NCBI GenBank assembly: GCA_963761335.1
Contig: CAVXGR010000017.1
Coordinates: forward strand, 64,001-128,000
Length of the DNA stretch: 64,000 bases
From: an uncultured delta proteobacterium
GTDB lineage: Bacteria > Desulfobacterota > Binatia > HRBIN30 > BPIQ01
Reading direction: 5' to 3'
The translations under genes were made by a program, and so were the position numbers. This document shows, one piece after another, positions 61,786-64,000 of the stretch. Below the pieces are notes generated by a model. It worked only from the letters and a program-made list of their open reading frames with translations, searched no databases and had not been told where the DNA came from. Every line of letters begins with the position of its first letter. Position 1 is the first letter of the stretch.

Positions 61786-62988
61786 ATGACGCGGAGGAAC
61801 ATTCTGCGGATGCTGGCGATGGCGACCGCTGTGGCCGGAGTCAGTGGGGGAGTCGCTCGGGCGGACGTGAAAGGGGTCGCGGACGCTTTGGGGGTTGATA
61901 TCCACGGACTGGTATCGACTGTCTACCAGTACAGCTTCAACAACCCGGATTCTGGTTCGGTCGCCGTCCGCACCAGCGTCAACGATCACAACAGCTTCGA
62001 TCTGAACCAGGGGAGCCTGTTCTTCGTCCGCGACCGTGAGGACGACCGCTTCGGGTTCAACATCACACTGGATTTCGGCAAGGTCGCCGAGACCGAGTAC
62101 TCCGACTGGGACGGAAGCGGAGTGTTGGGCGACTCGGCGGAAGAGGGGAACGCCTTCGAGGTGCGCGAGGCGTATGCCTCGTACAAGATTCCGCTCGGCG
62201 ACATGGACGTGAAGGTGAAGGCGGGTAAGTTCGTCACCCTGCTCGGCTACGAGGTGATCAAGAGCTGGAACGCCTTGAACTACAACGTCTCGGAGTCGAT
62301 CCTGTTCGGGTACAGCATCCCCTTCACCCACACCGGTATCCTCGCCGACGTGCCGATTGGCGACATGGTGTCGCTGGACCTGGGCGTGGTGAACGGCTGG
62401 GACAACGTGCAGGACAACAACAACGGCAAGACCCTTCTCGGCGGTCTCGGTATCAAGCCGTCGGACGTTGTCTCCCTGTACTTCGCCGGCACCTACGGCG
62501 CCGAGGAGAACGGTTTCTCGAAGGCAACGCCGGGCCCGGGCGCCGGCGCCAAGCGCGGCGTGGTCACCGCCAACGCCACCTTCACCGGCGTGCCCAACGT
62601 GACCTTCGTCATCGACAGCGTCTACGGCCACGAGAACGACATCGTCAACAGAGCGGGCGTCGCGCCGCTGAAAGGCGACGCCGATTGGTACGGTGTGGCC
62701 GGCTACGCCGTGGTGCCGATCATCGATGATCTCTCCTTCGCGTTGCGCAGCGAGGTTTTCAACGATGCCGACGGTGTGCGTACGCTGGGGACGACCGGCG
62801 GCCTGGCGAGCTCCAACACCATGTGGGAGATGACGGGAACCCTGGCCTATCAGATCCAGGAGCACGTCCTGGCACGCGTCGAGTACCGGCACGACGAGGC
62901 CAGCAAGCCGATCTACGACGCCGGTCATTCGACCGCGATTCATCCTGGCTCCGACACCGTGGCTGCAGAGCTGATCGGGATGTTCTGA
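61786..62988 (+). CDS. Outer-membrane beta-barrel porin (BBP2/DUF1597-like)
   Basis: RBS GGAGG, signal peptide, EAYASY, GKFVTLLGYEVI, PFTHTG, NGWD, EYRHD, terminal Phe. Confidence 0.88.
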   Translation: MTRRNILRMLAMATAVAGVSGGVARADVKGVADALGVDIHGLVSTVYQYSFNNPDSGSVAVRTSVNDHNSFDLNQGSLFFVRDREDDRFGFNITLDFGKVAETEYSDWDGSGVLGDSAEEGNAFEVREAYASYKIPLGDMDVKVKAGKFVTLLGYEVIKSWNALNYNVSESILFGYSIPFTHTGILADVPIGDMVSLDLGVVNGWDNVQDNNNGKTLLGGLGIKPSDVVSLYFAGTYGAEENGFSKATPGPGAGAKRGVVTANATFTGVPNVTFVIDSVYGHENDIVNRAGVAPLKGDADWYGVAGYAVVPIIDDLSFALRSEVFNDADGVRTLGTTGGLASSNTMWEMTGTLAYQIQEHVLARVEYRHDEASKPIYDAGHSTAIHPGSDTVAAELIGMF

Positions 62989-63603
<615 letters not shown>

Positions 63604-63644
63604 GTGCATCGTGTCAGACAACAACAAAAGGGGAGAAAGGAAAG

Positions 63645-64000
63645 ATGAGAGATCGGAAACGCTTGCTCTTCATGGCACTGCCCGTCGTGGCAGTGCTCGC
63701 TGGTCGGGCCGAGGCCCAGGAGGCTGCCGCGGTGAATGCCACCGCAGTGGCCCTGGACACGGTATGGGTGCTGCTCACGGGCGGGCTGGTCTTCTTCATG
63801 AATACCGGCTTCGGCATGCTCGAGGCCGGGCTCTGTCGTTCCAAGAACGCGGTGAACATTCTCGCCAAGAACTTCGTCGTCTTCGCGCTGGCCTCGCTGT
63901 CCTTCTACATCCTCGGCTGGGGGCTGATGTTCGGTGACGGCAATGGCTTCGTCGGCACGCACGGTCTGTGGCTCGCGACCGGCGCCGACAACAGCCCGGC
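63645..64000 (+). CDS. amtB: Ammonium transporter (5' part, runs off the window)
   Basis: Own translation: DTVWVLLTGGLVFFMNTGFGMLEAGLCRSKNAVNILAKN. Confidence 0.92.
   Translation, partial: MRDRKRLLFMALPVVAVLAGRAEAQEAAAVNATAVALDTVWVLLTGGLVFFMNTGFGMLEAGLCRSKNAVNILAKNFVVFALASLSFYILGWGLMFGDGNGFVGTHGLWLATGADNSP

Overview
High-GC bacterial chromosomal window, apparently Binatia/deltaproteobacterial-like (inferred from gene style, not proven). It holds about 60 genes: a transglutaminase / DUF2126 / circularly permuted ATP-grasp-alpha-E operon, a MacAB-like ABC exporter, ispG, lipid and acyl-CoA enzymes, cysteine synthase, a glgE-treS/mak-glgB-treZ alpha-glucan operon, two toxin-antitoxin pairs (one with a truncated VapC), an atypical Hsp70 + GrpE pair, and a sigma54-type porin-glnK-amt locus running off the right edge. 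I found no rRNA, tRNA, CRISPR array or transposase. The most unusual signal is intergenic: several families of REP/MITE-like elements nested inside one another. Two tandem CAG-bounded non-coding cassettes are inserted precisely into a REP arm (7665-8457). A 111-bp MITE with a 4-bp target duplication sits inside another REP (19021-19139). A four-helix-bundle gene is bracketed by two near-identical ~155-bp palindromes, which also occur as a solo copy elsewhere. Start codons were re-picked by eye; product calls come from motif recognition only, with no database searches.
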